Assembly: GCA_964234715.1 (NCBI GenBank)
Contig: OZ174277.1
Source of the DNA: Podarcis melisellensis
Taxonomy: Eukaryota
DNA: 64,000 nt
Reading direction: 5' to 3' (one strand)
Position numbers and translations under genes: made by a program. The first letter of the stretch is position 1, and the number at the start of each line of letters is the position of its first letter. Below are positions 50,916 to 63,959 of this stretch, one piece after another. The notes below the pieces were generated by a model. The model was not told the origin of the DNA. It ran no database searches and saw nothing but the letters and a program-made list of their open reading frames with translations.

Positions 50916-51987
50916 CTGTGAAAAGGGGAAAAAAATCATCTGAATTCAAAATGACAGGAAGCAAAGGGGGGGATTATTTTTCTTTGCCGGGGATGGGGCG
51001 CGGGGGGAAGAGGATAGAAAAATAATCAGTACCTGACACCTTGACAAAAAGGATTATCAAACCAATGTGGATCTTTCAGAGACAATTCAGATGGAATGGC
51101 AACTACCAAGTGAAAGGTCTTTCAATGCCAGCTAAACTAGAATTGCCTTTTCATACTACATAAGAACATAAAAAGGAAGACGAATATGCTAGATCAGGCC
51201 AGTGGACCATGGGAAGCCTGCAAGCACAACAGCATTCTGCTCACCTGCAATTTCCAGCAACTAGTATTCAGAGATATGATGCCTATGATAGTAGAGATAC
51301 TACTTGGGCGCCACCTGATGACTACAGCTATTAGTTGGGGTTGTTGTTGTTTTGTTACAATTAAGTGGTGTATAAAATTTATGAAATAAGTAAATAAATG
51401 AAATCAGTATTCACTGACACATCTAAAGACATAGGCAAACAGAAATAGTTGCTGATAGACACACAGATGCAAAAACTCTTGACAAAGAATTCATGCTCCT
51501 CAGGAACAAAGGCAGTATGGAACCGAATCCCATCCCTATGTATGGTGGAGAAAACCATATACCTCCTTCCGACCAGCTGATCACATAAAATCTCAATGCA
51601 CCACATATGTGCACTTACAACCTGGAAATCAACCACACTTTTATGCAAGTACTGTTCAAATGTTATGCCCTTATATTGACATCTGGGGGTTGGAGAATCT
51701 TGATTGCCACATGTGCCTTCCTCTTTCTCCCAGCCTTTTGCGGTGGAGGTGGATGTAATTCAGAACCACCTGGTTTCTCTTGCAAAGAGATGGGAATTGT
51801 ATATTGTCATTCTTGTTAGAAGACTGAATGATGTTAAGATTTTATGGTGCATTTATGATGTATTTTTATTGCTGCAACCCACCCTGGAACAGCTTGGCAA
51901 CAAAGAGCAGGATATAAAATGTTGCAAATAAATAAAATGGGGAGTAGCGCAAATAGAGGATTTTCTCTACTGCAAGACATCACTTAC

Positions 51988-52133
51988 TCATTTAAGTGCT
52001 GGAATCGTTCTTGCCAATTAGATGCTCGTGCAACATTTCCAGTTTTATCAATTAATTTTATTCCAAAAAACTCCAGCATCATTTTGTAAGCCAACAGGAA
52101 TCTTCTAATTGCTTCTTTTGTTTTTTTGAATTC
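51988..52133 (-). CDS. OGFRL1: OGFRL1 exon 6
   Basis: TGCAG| EFKKTKEAIRRFLLAYKMMLEFFGIKLIDKTGNVARASNWQERFQHLN-E |GTAAGT; 146 nt. Confidence 0.93.
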
Positions 52134-52245
52134 CTGCAACACGTTTTCAAAAAGAAGGTACAAACAACAACAAAATTAGAGATATAGAATAATTTTACCC
52201 TTAATCATCAAGCAGCAAAGTTATATTGTGAATTATTAGCTTTAC

Positions 52246-52312
52246 CTCAATTTCATATGTTGTTAATTCCTTTGCATAGAAATTCAGTCCTTGCTCTCTT
52301 AATGGAAAAAGC
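52246..52312 (-). CDS. OGFRL1: OGFRL1 exon 5
   Basis: ATATAG| LFPLREQGLNFYAKELTTYEIE |GTAAAG; 67 nt. Confidence 0.93.
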
Positions 52313-52413
52313 CTATATTATTAAAGACACACAGATTTGTTGCGGATTAAGCGAGTTTAGACAAATTTATATAAATGTATTATAAAAGCAATGAAAAGAA
52401 AACAATTACCAAC

Positions 52414-52492
52414 CACTGTATGTAAGTGTGATTGTGTTCCAACTTTTCATAATCTCCTTTCCACTTATTTAGGACTTCTTCAATATAAACAC
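52414..52492 (-). CDS. OGFRL1: OGFRL1 exon 4
   Basis: TATAG| GVYIEEVLNKWKGDYEKLEHNHTYIQW |GTTGGT; 79 nt; phases fit both neighbours. Confidence 0.92.
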
Positions 52493-53909
52493 CTATAAAT
52501 ACAAATGCATGAGCAAATCCAAACATCAAATACAACAATCTGTATATAATATCATGCATCTAAAAATGCTGTGGCATAGAACACAAAAATGTATTTTGCA
52601 GACAAATATACTGTCTCTAATTATTTGAAAATATTAACATTGTCCTTCTAACCCCAGAGAAGACACCAGGCACTATATAGGGCCAAGGATCTACAAATGC
52701 ACTTGCCAGCTTGTTACTGGGGAGTACATATTTTGCTTTGACATGAGCACATCAACAAGGCAACCCTTTGCTCTTCCTTCCTTTGCCGGAGGAGTGTGAG
52801 AGCTCTGTAATGAGAAAGGTCGGAGCTGTCCTTGATGCTGAGGTTTAGCACAATGGGAATAAATGCCTGACCTCCTCAACTCTGGAAAAGGAGAGGTGCT
52901 CACCTCTGCAGTTCTTTATTTCAAGTTCAGCATAATGTTAGAACATCCTGTCCATTCCCTCAGAGGAAGTTGGTAAGTGCCATGGCAAGGAACTGTTTGG
53001 ACTAGCTGCTAAGGCCAGTCTATGTTTTTTGACCTATGCTCAGTGCCACAATGTTATTAATATAAATTATCTGTCTGCCAAGAGCAATTTGCTCTCCCTA
53101 TCACAACAGCCAACCATGCTATAAGTAGTGTGGCTCAGCCCACTCCCCACCAACCTTGTGACTTTACTTAAAACTACTTCCCCAAACAAATGTGTTGGTG
53201 GTGGGGAATGGCAATATTCTATAAATTGCTAACTCTTAAGTAAAACCAATGCCCACTGGACATGATCCACTTAACCCAGTAGCCAAGGTTTCTAAAAAAT
53301 ACACAGTCTGTTCACAATAGTGCAGCACAATAACACCAAAGTTCAAATGCACCAAAGAAATACTGGTTTTATTAATCTGGCACCAACATATATAACATAA
53401 CCTGGAGGGGTTGTTTCACTTGAAGAGCACAATGGTGATGCCACTAATAATTTTTCTAGAGCTTTTCAAGTTATGCTTAATAAATTTGAAAGTTCAAGGC
53501 ATCATGATCCAGATTAATAGGAAACCCACAAGAGATCTGCTTTTCTTGGAGTAAACCAAAAGTAGTGGAAATTTTGCACCATTTGAGGTTGGAGCAGAAA
53601 ACCAAAATCAGGCCGCAGCAGCTCACAAACAGGTCAGGGGTAGTATATTTGAACTTCACAAAGATGAGCTTCTGTTAATTGACTAAAATGAAATCCCATG
53701 CCTTAAACTGCTATCACATGCACACTTTCCTGGGTGAGTGCCTCATTGATCTCAGTATGCCTTATTTCCAAGTAAACATGCATAGGATAGGGCTACAAAA
53801 CTGCTGAAGCCAAACCTGACACTGAATTGGTTTTGATCTTTTGGTTTACAAAGGCCTTGGATATAAAAGAATGAAACAAACACTGTGACAATGCCCATGG
53901 ATTACTTAC

Positions 53910-53991
53910 CATCAGGTTTAAAGGGAATTTTATTCTTGTAAAAACGGAGGTTGCACAAATCATTCTGATACCGCAGATCTTTGAAGTTCTG
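53910..53991 (-). CDS. OGFRL1: OGFRL1 exon 3
   Basis: (Q)NFKDLRYQNDLCNLRFYKNKIPFKPD-G. CAGCAG tandem acceptor (alternative start 53988); donor G|GTAAGT; phase 1. Confidence 0.92.
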
Positions 53992-55103
53992 CTGAGCAGA
54001 GAGATGGGGGGGAAACACAAAGCATGATCAGCCAAATATATCTATAGGAAATAGGCTGAAGATAAGCCGTCATGAGTATGACAGATAAGAATCTGACCAA
54101 ATGAAAGTCAAGGCAGATCTTGATGGTGGGACAAGTGTCCCTCTCTCTCAGCTTAGTTCTATGATTGGGAAACAGGTTTTTATTCAATGCAGAGTAGCCA
54201 TAAGTGGTTTCAGCTTGGGCAAAGGGGATGGATGGCCTGTGGGGGTGGGGAGTATTGGATAGCTGTTCAGGGGTATCCAGTGTGGTGCCCTTCAGATGTT
54301 TTGGACTACAAGTCCCATCAGCTGCAGCCAGCATGGGTATTTGTCAGGAATGATGAGAGCTGTAGTCCAACAACATCTATAGCGCACCACATTGGTTAAC
54401 TCTAGTTTAATCGCTTCTGTGCCAGCCATCTGTCCCCAGCAACTCTTCCTGCCCCATCCATTGTGCAACTTGAAGTCACAATATCTAATACTGTTCAAAG
54501 GAAGGCTAGTGTGGCAATTATATAGTGAGCAACTTGGGTGGCAATTCTATACCCACCTACCTGAGAGTAAGCCCCTCTGAACTCAGTTCGACCTACTTCC
54601 AAGTAGACATATACAGGATTACACTGTTAGTTTTCTCAGAAGTACATCCCAGCGAGTTAAAGGACACTCTCAAGTTAGTGTATTTAGGATTGTCACATTA
54701 CAGGGGTTAACTCATGAAACATGCTATAACATGTATCTGACTTTATATTTTCCCCATTGTTTTTCTGTCATTTTTCTAGCTCAGCTTCTCAGGGTCCCAC
54801 ATCTCATGTAATTGGTGCTAAAGTTTATTCTATCAATGTATGAGAATTTCTGTTCATTTCCTGGTACATTTTTGCCCATAGAATGGCCTTTGGCTGCCAT
54901 CTTTTCTTCTGGGGAGCAGGTTACATTGAACACAGTGGGACATACTTCTGAGCAAACATGTACAGAACCGCGCTTGTTATGCTCTCTCTTAAATGCCCTG
55001 ATAGGAGAGTGTTTGTGGCAATAATTTGCAAATGCAGATATATGTGCTATCAAGACCATCTTTCCTGGTACAAAACCTAGGACATTGTGTCCACTGTCTA
55101 GCA

Positions 55104-55240
55104 CAGGCATAGGCAAACTCGGCCCTCCAAATGTTTTGGGACTACAACTCCCATCATCCCCAGCTAACAGGACCAGTCGTCAGGGATGATGATGAGTTGT
55201 AGTCCCAAAACATCTGGAAGGCTGAGTCTGCCTATGCCTA
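55104..55240. mobile_element. Palindromic hAT MITE in OGFRL1 intron 2
   Basis: Near-perfect fold-back; TSD GTCTAGCA on both sides. Degraded relatives lie near 7010-7137, 18585-19045, 19665-19780, 21636-21750, 21886-21996, 48036-48170 and 54270-54395. Confidence 0.82.
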
Positions 55241-55501
55241 GTCTAGCAAAAGTCTCTGTTACCAGTAGGTACAGTATATGAAATCAAACATACTTGTCTT
55301 CTAGTAGAAGCAGCCAACAGTGGCAGCCATGGGGTTTTCTAGGATTAGTCACCCACCCACCATATATTTTCATAGACTTATGTGATGGAGTTCTGTAGAT
55401 TTGAAACACTACAGCTGGATCTGTAAAATTACTTTAGGGACTTTAAAAAATTGCCACGCCTCTATCTTGGTGAAGATCTGAATACTGCAAAATGCTCTTA
55501 C

Positions 55502-55588
55502 TGGATATTGGTGCCGATATTTGTACAAATCTCTTGCAGCGTAAAAGCTTCTCTTTGGTTTAGCTGCCACTTCAATTGCATCATCCCC
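55502..55588 (-). CDS. OGFRL1: OGFRL1 exon 2
   Basis: TTTGCAG| GDDAIEVAAKPKRSFYAARDLYKYRHQYP |GTAAGA; 87 nt; start of the OGFr_N domain. Confidence 0.93.
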
Positions 55589-57868
55589 CTGCAAAGAGCA
55601 GACATATTCCATGAGCATAATCTTTTTAGACTTGACTGTATATTTGGTAGTGTGGCATTCCATTCAAAAAAAATAAAAAAGGGTTGCATTCATTCCAAAG
55701 GGGCACACATGCTGTTCTGTGTGCATACTGATGCTTTTCAATTCCCTCCCTCCCACATTTCCTTGCATTCCTTCCCAAAAAGCTGTTCCTGAAGTTTGGT
55801 GGAGGTCCCCCCCGCCCCGAGCTGCAGCTGGAAGGGGAATGAGACTGCGTGTTAGTTCACACATGCATGCTCATTGCTTGATGACCGGTATCCAGGCACG
55901 ACTGCCACAAGTGAATAAGTTGAGCAGTACAGATAGGCAATATGGAAGTTTTCTCATCACAGCCAGCAGCACATTGTTTTCCTGTGGAGCTTGTTCACAA
56001 GTCTGGCAGCAAGTCAAGGGCCTATTCACACAGCGTAGTGACCTCATTTCTATTGCTTTGGGGACATTCAAAGTTAGTATCTGACTTGTAAGTGGGCTGC
56101 TCTCGTTTTCAAGCATTATTTGTTTAAGCTATGCTATTCATGTAACTGCCATGTCTTTAATTTTGGTGCTGCTACTTCTTAAAACTTTTTCCTGTAGAAA
56201 ATGAAACAGCTATGTGTTAAGCTGTAGTTATGGATGGATCAGTCTATTTCCAATTCGTGTCACTCAACCATGAAGCTCACTGGGTGACCTTCAACAGTTT
56301 CTTAACCTCACTCTGAAAGATTAATGCGGAGAAGCCAACATGACAAAGGACTGGAAAACAAAACACAGAAATTTCAAACTACCTCAACTGTTTAAACATC
56401 TGCACGCATGCACATGTGTGCACACACAAATATACATCAAACATACATATGCATGTGATTTCCTATTCCAAAGCAATTTATTGGTACTATTAGGGTTACA
56501 CTCAGTGGTTTTTTTATGATGGGTTTCTGGTTACTGAATATTGTCCTTCATGCATTCTACTGAATGGTTCCTGCTGTTTAAAATAAAGAAGAAGAAAGAA
56601 ATAGGTTTATTTTCTCACGACCTTGAGAGACTGACTCTTCTTGCTAAAAGTTGTCTGGCACATGTGGCTAGCCAGCTGGAAGTGACCCCCCGAAAGAAAT
56701 AGGGTACCATTAGGACTTAAACAGATTAGGGCTTTCCTCAGAAATCTGAACTTCTGATTCCAGAATGTGATAAAGGAAGGTACCAGTGACAATGGCCATA
56801 ATTTTGCCCACCTTTCAGACAGAGAATCTTGGAGGGAGGGCTTGATACACACTATGGAGCAAGGTGACATTTTTATTTTATTTTTTGCCTACAAGTATAA
56901 ATTATTCAAGCTTTCAGAAAACTTCAAGGGACTGCTGAACCAAGATCTGCATATGTACAAGTCTGTCTAGTTTGTAAGTGCTCTGAGCTCAGTACTGCAG
57001 ACCATAAAACATTCTGAGTGAGTATTTTTAAAATATTAAATAACCTTGCATTAATATTTCAAATTGCCAAAATAACCATTTATGAAAGGTTAAGAAAGTG
57101 TATGCAAATGTACTTTCAGAATCTATGGTTATTTTCTATACTGAATAATAAGACTTGCACTCTAGCTGGTGTTTGGCTTAAAATTGCACATTAAAGAATA
57201 ATAGGCACCCTCAGTGTGTCAACCATTGATAATTCCATTAGTCACAGTTTTGTTATATGTTAAATCTTAACATAAGATATAATTTAACAAACTCCACTCA
57301 AATAATAAATATATTTTCCATAGATTTAGGGGATTTGTAGCCAAACCTATAACCAAGGAAAAACAGAAACATTGTTGTATCTGCAAAGCCACTGGAATGA
57401 CCCATTATTTGCTTTCTACTAGTGTTCTTTTCTATCTTTCAAAACACTTTTAAAAAAGGGGAACAATACATCTTCACATTGTTACCAATCAGAACTTGAT
57501 ATGGGCTAATGTATTTACTTGCTCTACGGTTCATTTTTAATATTTGGATAAAACCTGGAACTCAAGTTACAGGATTATTCCCTCTTCTTATGTGTAAGAG
57601 ACAGCCTCTCTGGAGTTAATAACTTTTCATGAGTTAATATCTCTGAATAATGACAACTGTCACCGACCCCATCCCAACTAGTCAATGTGCTGCAGGTTTA
57701 AGAACTGCTTATGGATCCAAGCAACATAATTCCACTACTTTATGAATGGATAAAGGACATTTACTGGAACAGGGCATGCGGGGGGAAGGAGTGGCAAATT
57801 TGTCAGAAGTACGGTAACTTTTGCCTGAATGAGCCAAACGGATTGTATTCAACTAACTTTTACTCAGA

Positions 57869-57869
<1 letters not shown>

Positions 57870-57921
<52 letters not shown>

Positions 57922-59279
57922 TTATTATTTATACCCCGGCCATCTGGCTGGGCCTCCCCAGCCACTCTGGGCGGCTTCCATAAAAACCAAAAATACAGTA
58001 AAATCACACGTTAAAAACTTCCCTGAACAGGGCTGCCTTAAGATGTCTTCTGAATGTCAGGTAGTTGTTTATTGCTTTGACATCTGCTGGAAGGGCGTTC
58101 CACAGGGTGGGTGCCACTACCGAGAAGGCCCTCTGCCTGGTTCCCTGTAGCTTTGCTTCTCGCAATGAGGGAACCGCCAGAAGGCCCTCGGCGCTGGACC
58201 TCAGCGTCCGGGCAGAATGATGGGGGTGGAGACGCTCCTTCAGGTATACTGGACCGAGGCCGTTTAGGGCTTTAAAGGTCAGCACCAACACTTTGAATTG
58301 TGCTCGGAAACGTACTGGGAGCCAATGTAGGTCTTTCAAGACCGGTGTTATATGGTCTCGGCGGCCGCTCCCAGTCACCAGTCTAGCTGCCGCATTCTGG
58401 ATTAGTTGTAGTTTCCGGGTCACCTTCAAAGGTAGCCCCACGTAGAGTGCATTGCAGTAGCCCAAGTGGGAGATAACCAGAGCATGCACCACTCTGGGGA
58501 GACAGTCCGCAGGCAGATAGGGTCTCAGCCTACGTACCAGATGGAGCTGGTAAACAGCTGCCCTGGACACAGATTTGACCTGTGCCTCCATGGACAGCTG
58601 TGACTTCAAAATGACTCCCGGGCTGCGCACCTGGTCCTTCAGGGGTACAGTTACCCCATTCAGGACCAGGGAATCCTCCACACCTGCCCGCCTCCTGTCC
58701 CCCAGAAACAGTACTTCTGTCTTGTCAGGATTCAACCTCAATCTGTTAGCCGCCATCCATCCTCCAACCGCCTCCAGACACTCACACAGGACCTTCACTG
58801 CCCTCACTGGTTCTGATTTAAAAGAGAGGTAGAGCTGGGTATCATCTGCATACTGAGGAACACCCAGCCCAAACCTCCTGATGATCTCTCCCAGTGGCTG
58901 CATGTAAATGTTGAAAAGCATGGGGGAGAGGACAGAACCCGGAGGCACCCCACATGTGAGAGCCCAGGGGTCTGAACACTCATCCCCCACCACCACTTTC
59001 TGAACACGGCCCAGGAGGAAGGAGCGGAACCACTGTAGGACAGTGCCCCCAGCTCCCAGCCCCTCAAGACGGTCCAGAAGGATGTTATGGTCGATGGTAT
59101 CAAACGCCGCTGAGAGATCCAGCAGAACTAGGAAACAGCTCTCACCTTTGTCCCTAGCCCGCCGGAGATCATCAACCAGTGCGACCAAGGCAGTTTCAGT
59201 CCCATGATGAGGCCTGAATCCCGACTGGAAGGGATCCAAATGGTCCGCTTCTTCCAGGCGTGCCTGGAGTTGTTCAGTA
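57870..59279 (-). mobile_element. L2/CR1-clade LINE, 5'-truncated, in OGFRL1 intron 1
   Basis: 411-aa open RT frame (QSGFRPHHGTETAL, LLDLSAAFDTIDH, GVPPGSVLSP, YADDTQLY) followed by an (ATT)n tail. Confidence 0.92.
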
Positions 59280-59731
59280 ACTATTGAAACCTATTGAAAT
59301 TAATTACTATGACTAACTTAGGGCCATTCGTTTCAATGGGTCTACTGTGAGGAACAGTGAAATACAAAGTCCCACAGAGCCTTAATTATCCTAGATAGTT
59401 TCCATTACTTTTCATTATACAGGTATCCAGTGATGGACTATTCAAACTCATAGCCTTTATCATAATCCTGGGGTGGGGAGGTGCATTACCTCTGATGGGA
59501 CTGGTGTTGGTAAAGGGAAATATGCAACTGAAAAGAGGCAAATAGCAACAGTAGTGCATGGGGACTTTACTTCACGCACATCAAAGCAGCAAAATAAACC
59601 ACTCTTCTTTTCTTGGCAAAAGCCACAAAAACAAATGCAGACTCTACATTATACATTATACTGTATACTGCTTCCAACATTTCCACGTTTATTAAAGAAA
59701 CCTACTCATGCTTACTTGGGGGTTTGTACTT

Positions 59732-60070
59732 TGGCGCTGTGGGTTAAACCACTGAGCCTCTTGGGCTTGCCAATCAGAAGGTCGGCTGTTCGAATCCCCG
59801 CGACGGGGTGAGCTCCTGTTGCTCAGTCCCTGCTCCTGCTAACCTAGTAGTTCGAAAGCACGTCAAAGTGCAAGTAGATAAATAGGTAGTGCTCCGGCGG
59901 GAAGGTAAACGGCGTTTCCGTGTGCTGCTCGGTTCGCCAGAAGCGGCTTAGTCATGCTGGCCACATGACCCGGAAGCTGTACACCGGCTCCCTCGGCCAA
60001 TAAAGCGAGATGAGCGCCGCAACCCCAGAGTCGGCTACGACTGGACCTAATGGTCAGGGGTCCCTTTACC
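59732..60070 (+). mobile_element. Sauria SINE
   Basis: Homologous to the other copies; CCCTTTACC tail. Confidence 0.85.
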
Positions 60071-60207
60071 CAGTGCTTTTTTTTCCAGGGGGTAGTCAAG
60101 GGTACATAGTACCAGCACCTTTTTTATGCTGTTAAAAAGTGTAGCACTTACTGTAACAACTTCATGGTGAGTACCGGCACCTATTTTTCTAGGGAAATAA
60201 AGCACAG
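60071..60207. mobile_element. Short TIR element abutting a SINE tail
   Basis: CAGTGCTTTTTTT...AAATAAAGCACAG inverted termini. Confidence 0.5.
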
Positions 60208-61299
60208 TTTGTACCATTGATTTCAGTAGGATTTACTTTTGAGTAAATGTGCATAGGACTGTGATGTAAGATCCCTGTTGGAATGCAGTCAGAAAATAAA
60301 ACACAGATCCATACCTTTTGTACTGTGCAAATATACATATGGGAATACTGAATGGCAAAACTGCCTAAAAAGTGCCCCACTTATCACATGAGCCAGGCTA
60401 ATATGTGGAGGTACAGTTTCAATAATAATAATTCTCTACAGAGATGAAAGCATGAGGTGGAAACATAAGGACAGTGGTCTTCAGTTTAATGTTTGTTAAG
60501 AGACAGAAAATAATTCCATGGAGGTAATGATTGAAAATAGAGTCCACGTTGCATTCAGGGTAAGAGTATTTTTTTTAAAAAGTAAAAAGCTGATAATATG
60601 ATCTAGCCTAGAGTTGAATAAGGAGGAGGCAAGTAACTCTCTTTTCTTTGAATAATCTCCTTATTTCTTGGGTTTATGAGTTCTTTTGGTCCTGCACAGT
60701 GATGTGTTGTCTAATACGTGCAATCATAGCTGTAGTTACACTCAGCCAGAATGTCAAATAAGCCCTGTTCTGAAACTGCATTTTGTCACCACATGTGCTA
60801 CTGTAATTTCTATCCCCTGAACAGGCAGGCATGTGATGGGGGGATGATTATACCAAGGAAACAGAGAAGATTAGAACTACTTTGACCTTCTGCATTTTAA
60901 AGCCACCAGAATCTTTTTTCTAAAAGAGAAGATATAAAGCTCTGCTGAACAGCTTGCCAGAGGGAAAATGAATAAATCCCCCACCCCACCCCACCGTTCC
61001 TCCTTGCTACGCATGTCACAGGAAGGAAAACAAAAATCAGGCTGGATCAGCAAGCTGGTAACAAAATACAGCAAACCTGCCAGGCCAGAGTGCTTCGCTT
61101 CCTTGGTCTTCTTTCCTTTGATTGCCACACGCCTCAAATCCATATTTAGCTTCTTTTTTAACCCTACTAAGAATATGATGATGATGATAACAACAACAAC
61201 AAGGATGATGCAGCCACAGCTTGGCTCCTGAGTCACACTGCATGGGGGGGGGGAGGAAAAAAGGGGAAATGGAGAAAGCTGAAAGTGGAAATGTATATT

Positions 61300-62650
61300 T
61301 ATCTCTGTCTCTCTCTCACGCACGCGCGCGCACACGCACCCCAAGCGTTTGCAACCATGGTGTCCAAAAGTCCCCTGCTGCTGCATTCCGAGACTCTGGC
61401 GCACACCTGCCCCTGAACAGAGGGAGGGGAGGCACACAATCTTGGAGAGGCACCAGCACTGGCGGGGGGGGGGGCAGAGGCAATGGCGCTGAGGGGGGAG
61501 GGCTCCAGACACCGCCCCCCCCCATAGCCCCCTGGAGAAGTTTGCAGCGTCCCGAGTTACCTGCTCGGTGCTGGCGGCCTCCGCTTCGTCGTGCCTCCCT
61601 CCCTCTTGATCCTCGCCTTCCTCTTCCTCCTCCTCCTCTTCCTCGTCGTCCTCGTCTTCCTCGAGCTCCTCTTCTTCAGGCTCCTCAGCAACCCCTTCTC
61701 TGGGCTCGGCGTCTTCCGGCCGGCAGCTTGCCGCAGGGAGCGGTTCCCCCTGCTGCTGCTGCTGCTGTTCGTCCTCAGCTGGGTCGCCGCCGCCGCCGCC
61801 TCCTTCTTCTCCGCCCCCCAGCCCCTCGAGCGGCGTCCCTTCTTCCCCTCCGGAGTCCTGGAGCTCGGGCTCGGAGTCCGTCTCCCAGGTAGAGTCGCAG
61901 TCCTCCACCGTGGTGGGCTCCTTGAAGCTGACCCCGCTCAGCAAACTGCCCATTGGGAGAGGCAACGCAGGAGCCTCTCTCTCCCGCCCGGGGAGGACGG
62001 GGGAGGGAGCGCGCGCCCAGGGGAAAGAGGGGAAGGTCGCTCGGTCCGTCCGTAGGTAGGTAGGTAGGTTCCGCGAGCAGGCTAAGAATGCCGCTGCCGC
62101 CGCCGCCACCACCTCTGCTGCTCCTCCTGCTGCTCCGGCTGGGGCATGGTTGGCAGCGCCGGGAGGCCGCAGGCAACGCGAAGGAGGCTGGCGAAAAAGA
62201 CGACGACGACGAGGAAGACGGAGGCAGGCGCAAGCGGCTGAAGCGGCAGCAGGCGATGCTCTGCTCCTCCTCAGCCAGTCTCTCTCTCACCCACCCACCC
62301 CCAACCCACAGACACGCGCCGTGGGAAGGAGGAGCCGAGCGTTTGGGATTTCCACAGGAAATAGTTCAGCCCGCCCAGCGCCCCCTGAACGGCGGCGGCA
62401 GTAGCAGAGCGCAGCTGCCGCGCAAAAGAGGAACCTGGAGCGGACGGAGCGCTTCTCCGTGGCGGGGAAGGGGCGCCTTACGCAACCAGAACTTTCTATA
62501 GAGACGGGCAGGCGGGCGCGCGCTTAGTTTTATCCGGGAGCATTCCAAGGCGCGAGGGAGACGGTGCCCCGGGACCCCGGAGTCCCCTTGCGGACGGTGG
62601 TGGCGTTGTTACCTCCGCTCTAGATGCAGGTGACTTGCGGGCAGCAATGG
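61300..62650. promoter_or_regulatory. CpG island / OGFRL1 promoter and 5' UTR
   Basis: Abrupt GC- and CpG-rich stretch over exon 1 and upstream, with GC boxes (GGCGGG/GGGCG). Boundaries approximate. Confidence 0.8.
61561..61953 (-). CDS. OGFRL1: Opioid growth factor receptor-like 1, coding exon 1
   Basis: ATG at 61953 gives MGSLLSGVSFKEPTTVEDCDSTWETDSE, recognisable as the OGFRL1 N-terminus. Ends at the donor CAG|GTAACT; 393 nt, phase 0. Confidence 0.93.
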
Positions 62651-63959
62651 GCACCTACCTCTGCCACACGGAGAAGAGTACAGAGAACTTCCTTATGTCG
62701 AGTCCATTTACCTCACTAGTGTCAGTTCTGGCTGGCAGCAGCTCCCCAGGCCCAGACCCCGAACCTCACCTGGAGATGCAAGGGATTCCACCCGGCCCTA
62801 TGTGGGGAGCTCTGCTTTGGCGGAGAGCCGCGCAAGAACATGGGGATAGAGCGGGGGGAGGGGGCTAATGCTTGCCCATTTCTGCTTAGCAGACCTGCTG
62901 CACCTTCCGTCTCAAGTAGAAACTGAACAGGTGCATCCATGCAACAAAGAGATCATTGGCCTGTTGGATGTTTGCTGGTTGTGTAGCTTTGAAATCACAA
63001 GAAAGTGGTCTTCTTTCTACACTTCATTGGAATCTACCTTATACAAAGTCTGACAACTGGCCCAGCTTTTTTTTGGCGATCGCTTGTAGTTGAGTAAGAT
63101 TGCCTTCCATGAATATGGCCTTAACTCTGTGTCTGTAGGTGACTGTGGAGGCCAATTCTGGATCAGCACATCCTTCCACAGTGGGGACAGTGGGGAGTTG
63201 ATCACAGCGAGGGTTTGCCAAACGTGCCTTCCTCTAAGCTCTCCTTTTCGTCCTGAGTTTGTGCTTCTTCAAAGTCCATTACGCCTTTGGTAGAGGCTGT
63301 TCTCCAAATGAAGCGCTCTCAGGCAAGTGTTTCCCAGATGTCAGTGTTTATACTACTACCATTATTTTTTTAGGTTTGCTTTGAGAATATATTTAAATCG
63401 GCTAGCTCAGTACTGTCAACACTGAGTTTGAAGAGGCTCTGCAGAATTTTAGGCAGGAGTCTCTCTCGGCCCTGCAATCCTACTTTTATCCTGCAACAGA
63501 AGGAGGAGAGGACTACTATTTATCAACCCGACAGGTTGACAGGGGATTCCTTTTCACCCTAAGTCTCCATGTCTTTTATCAGAGGTCTTACCTTTTGATA
63601 TAAATCTTATATCACTTGATATAAATTTTGTATAATATATATATATGTGCATACATATATAATGACAAATTTTGTTTTAAGGTATTTCTATCTCTTTCCT
63701 TCCTCCTTTGAAATGAAAAAATAAATAAAAACCACTGGGTGCACATTCTAATGCAGGTGGTCCAACACATGGCCCTCAGGCCCCTTTTGGCAGTCCTTGG
63801 CAACATTTGACACACACACACACACACACACAAACAAACACCCAGCCCTTACCCAGGTATGCTGAGCTTTGGCTCTGACAGGGTCCTAGAGTCCTCCTGT
63901 CTCCTTCCCAAAGCTTAGTGCTTTCCTGGCTTTGGGAAGGAGAGGGTAAGGCTCTAGGA

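Noticed and set aside
60877-62112. 411-aa single-exon ORF
   Set aside because: It is OGFRL1 exon 1 plus read-through into intron 1 and a non-ATG upstream extension.
61221-62501. Several long plus-strand ORFs
   Set aside because: Stop-poor GC-rich CpG island antisense to exon 1; low complexity with no recognisable domain.
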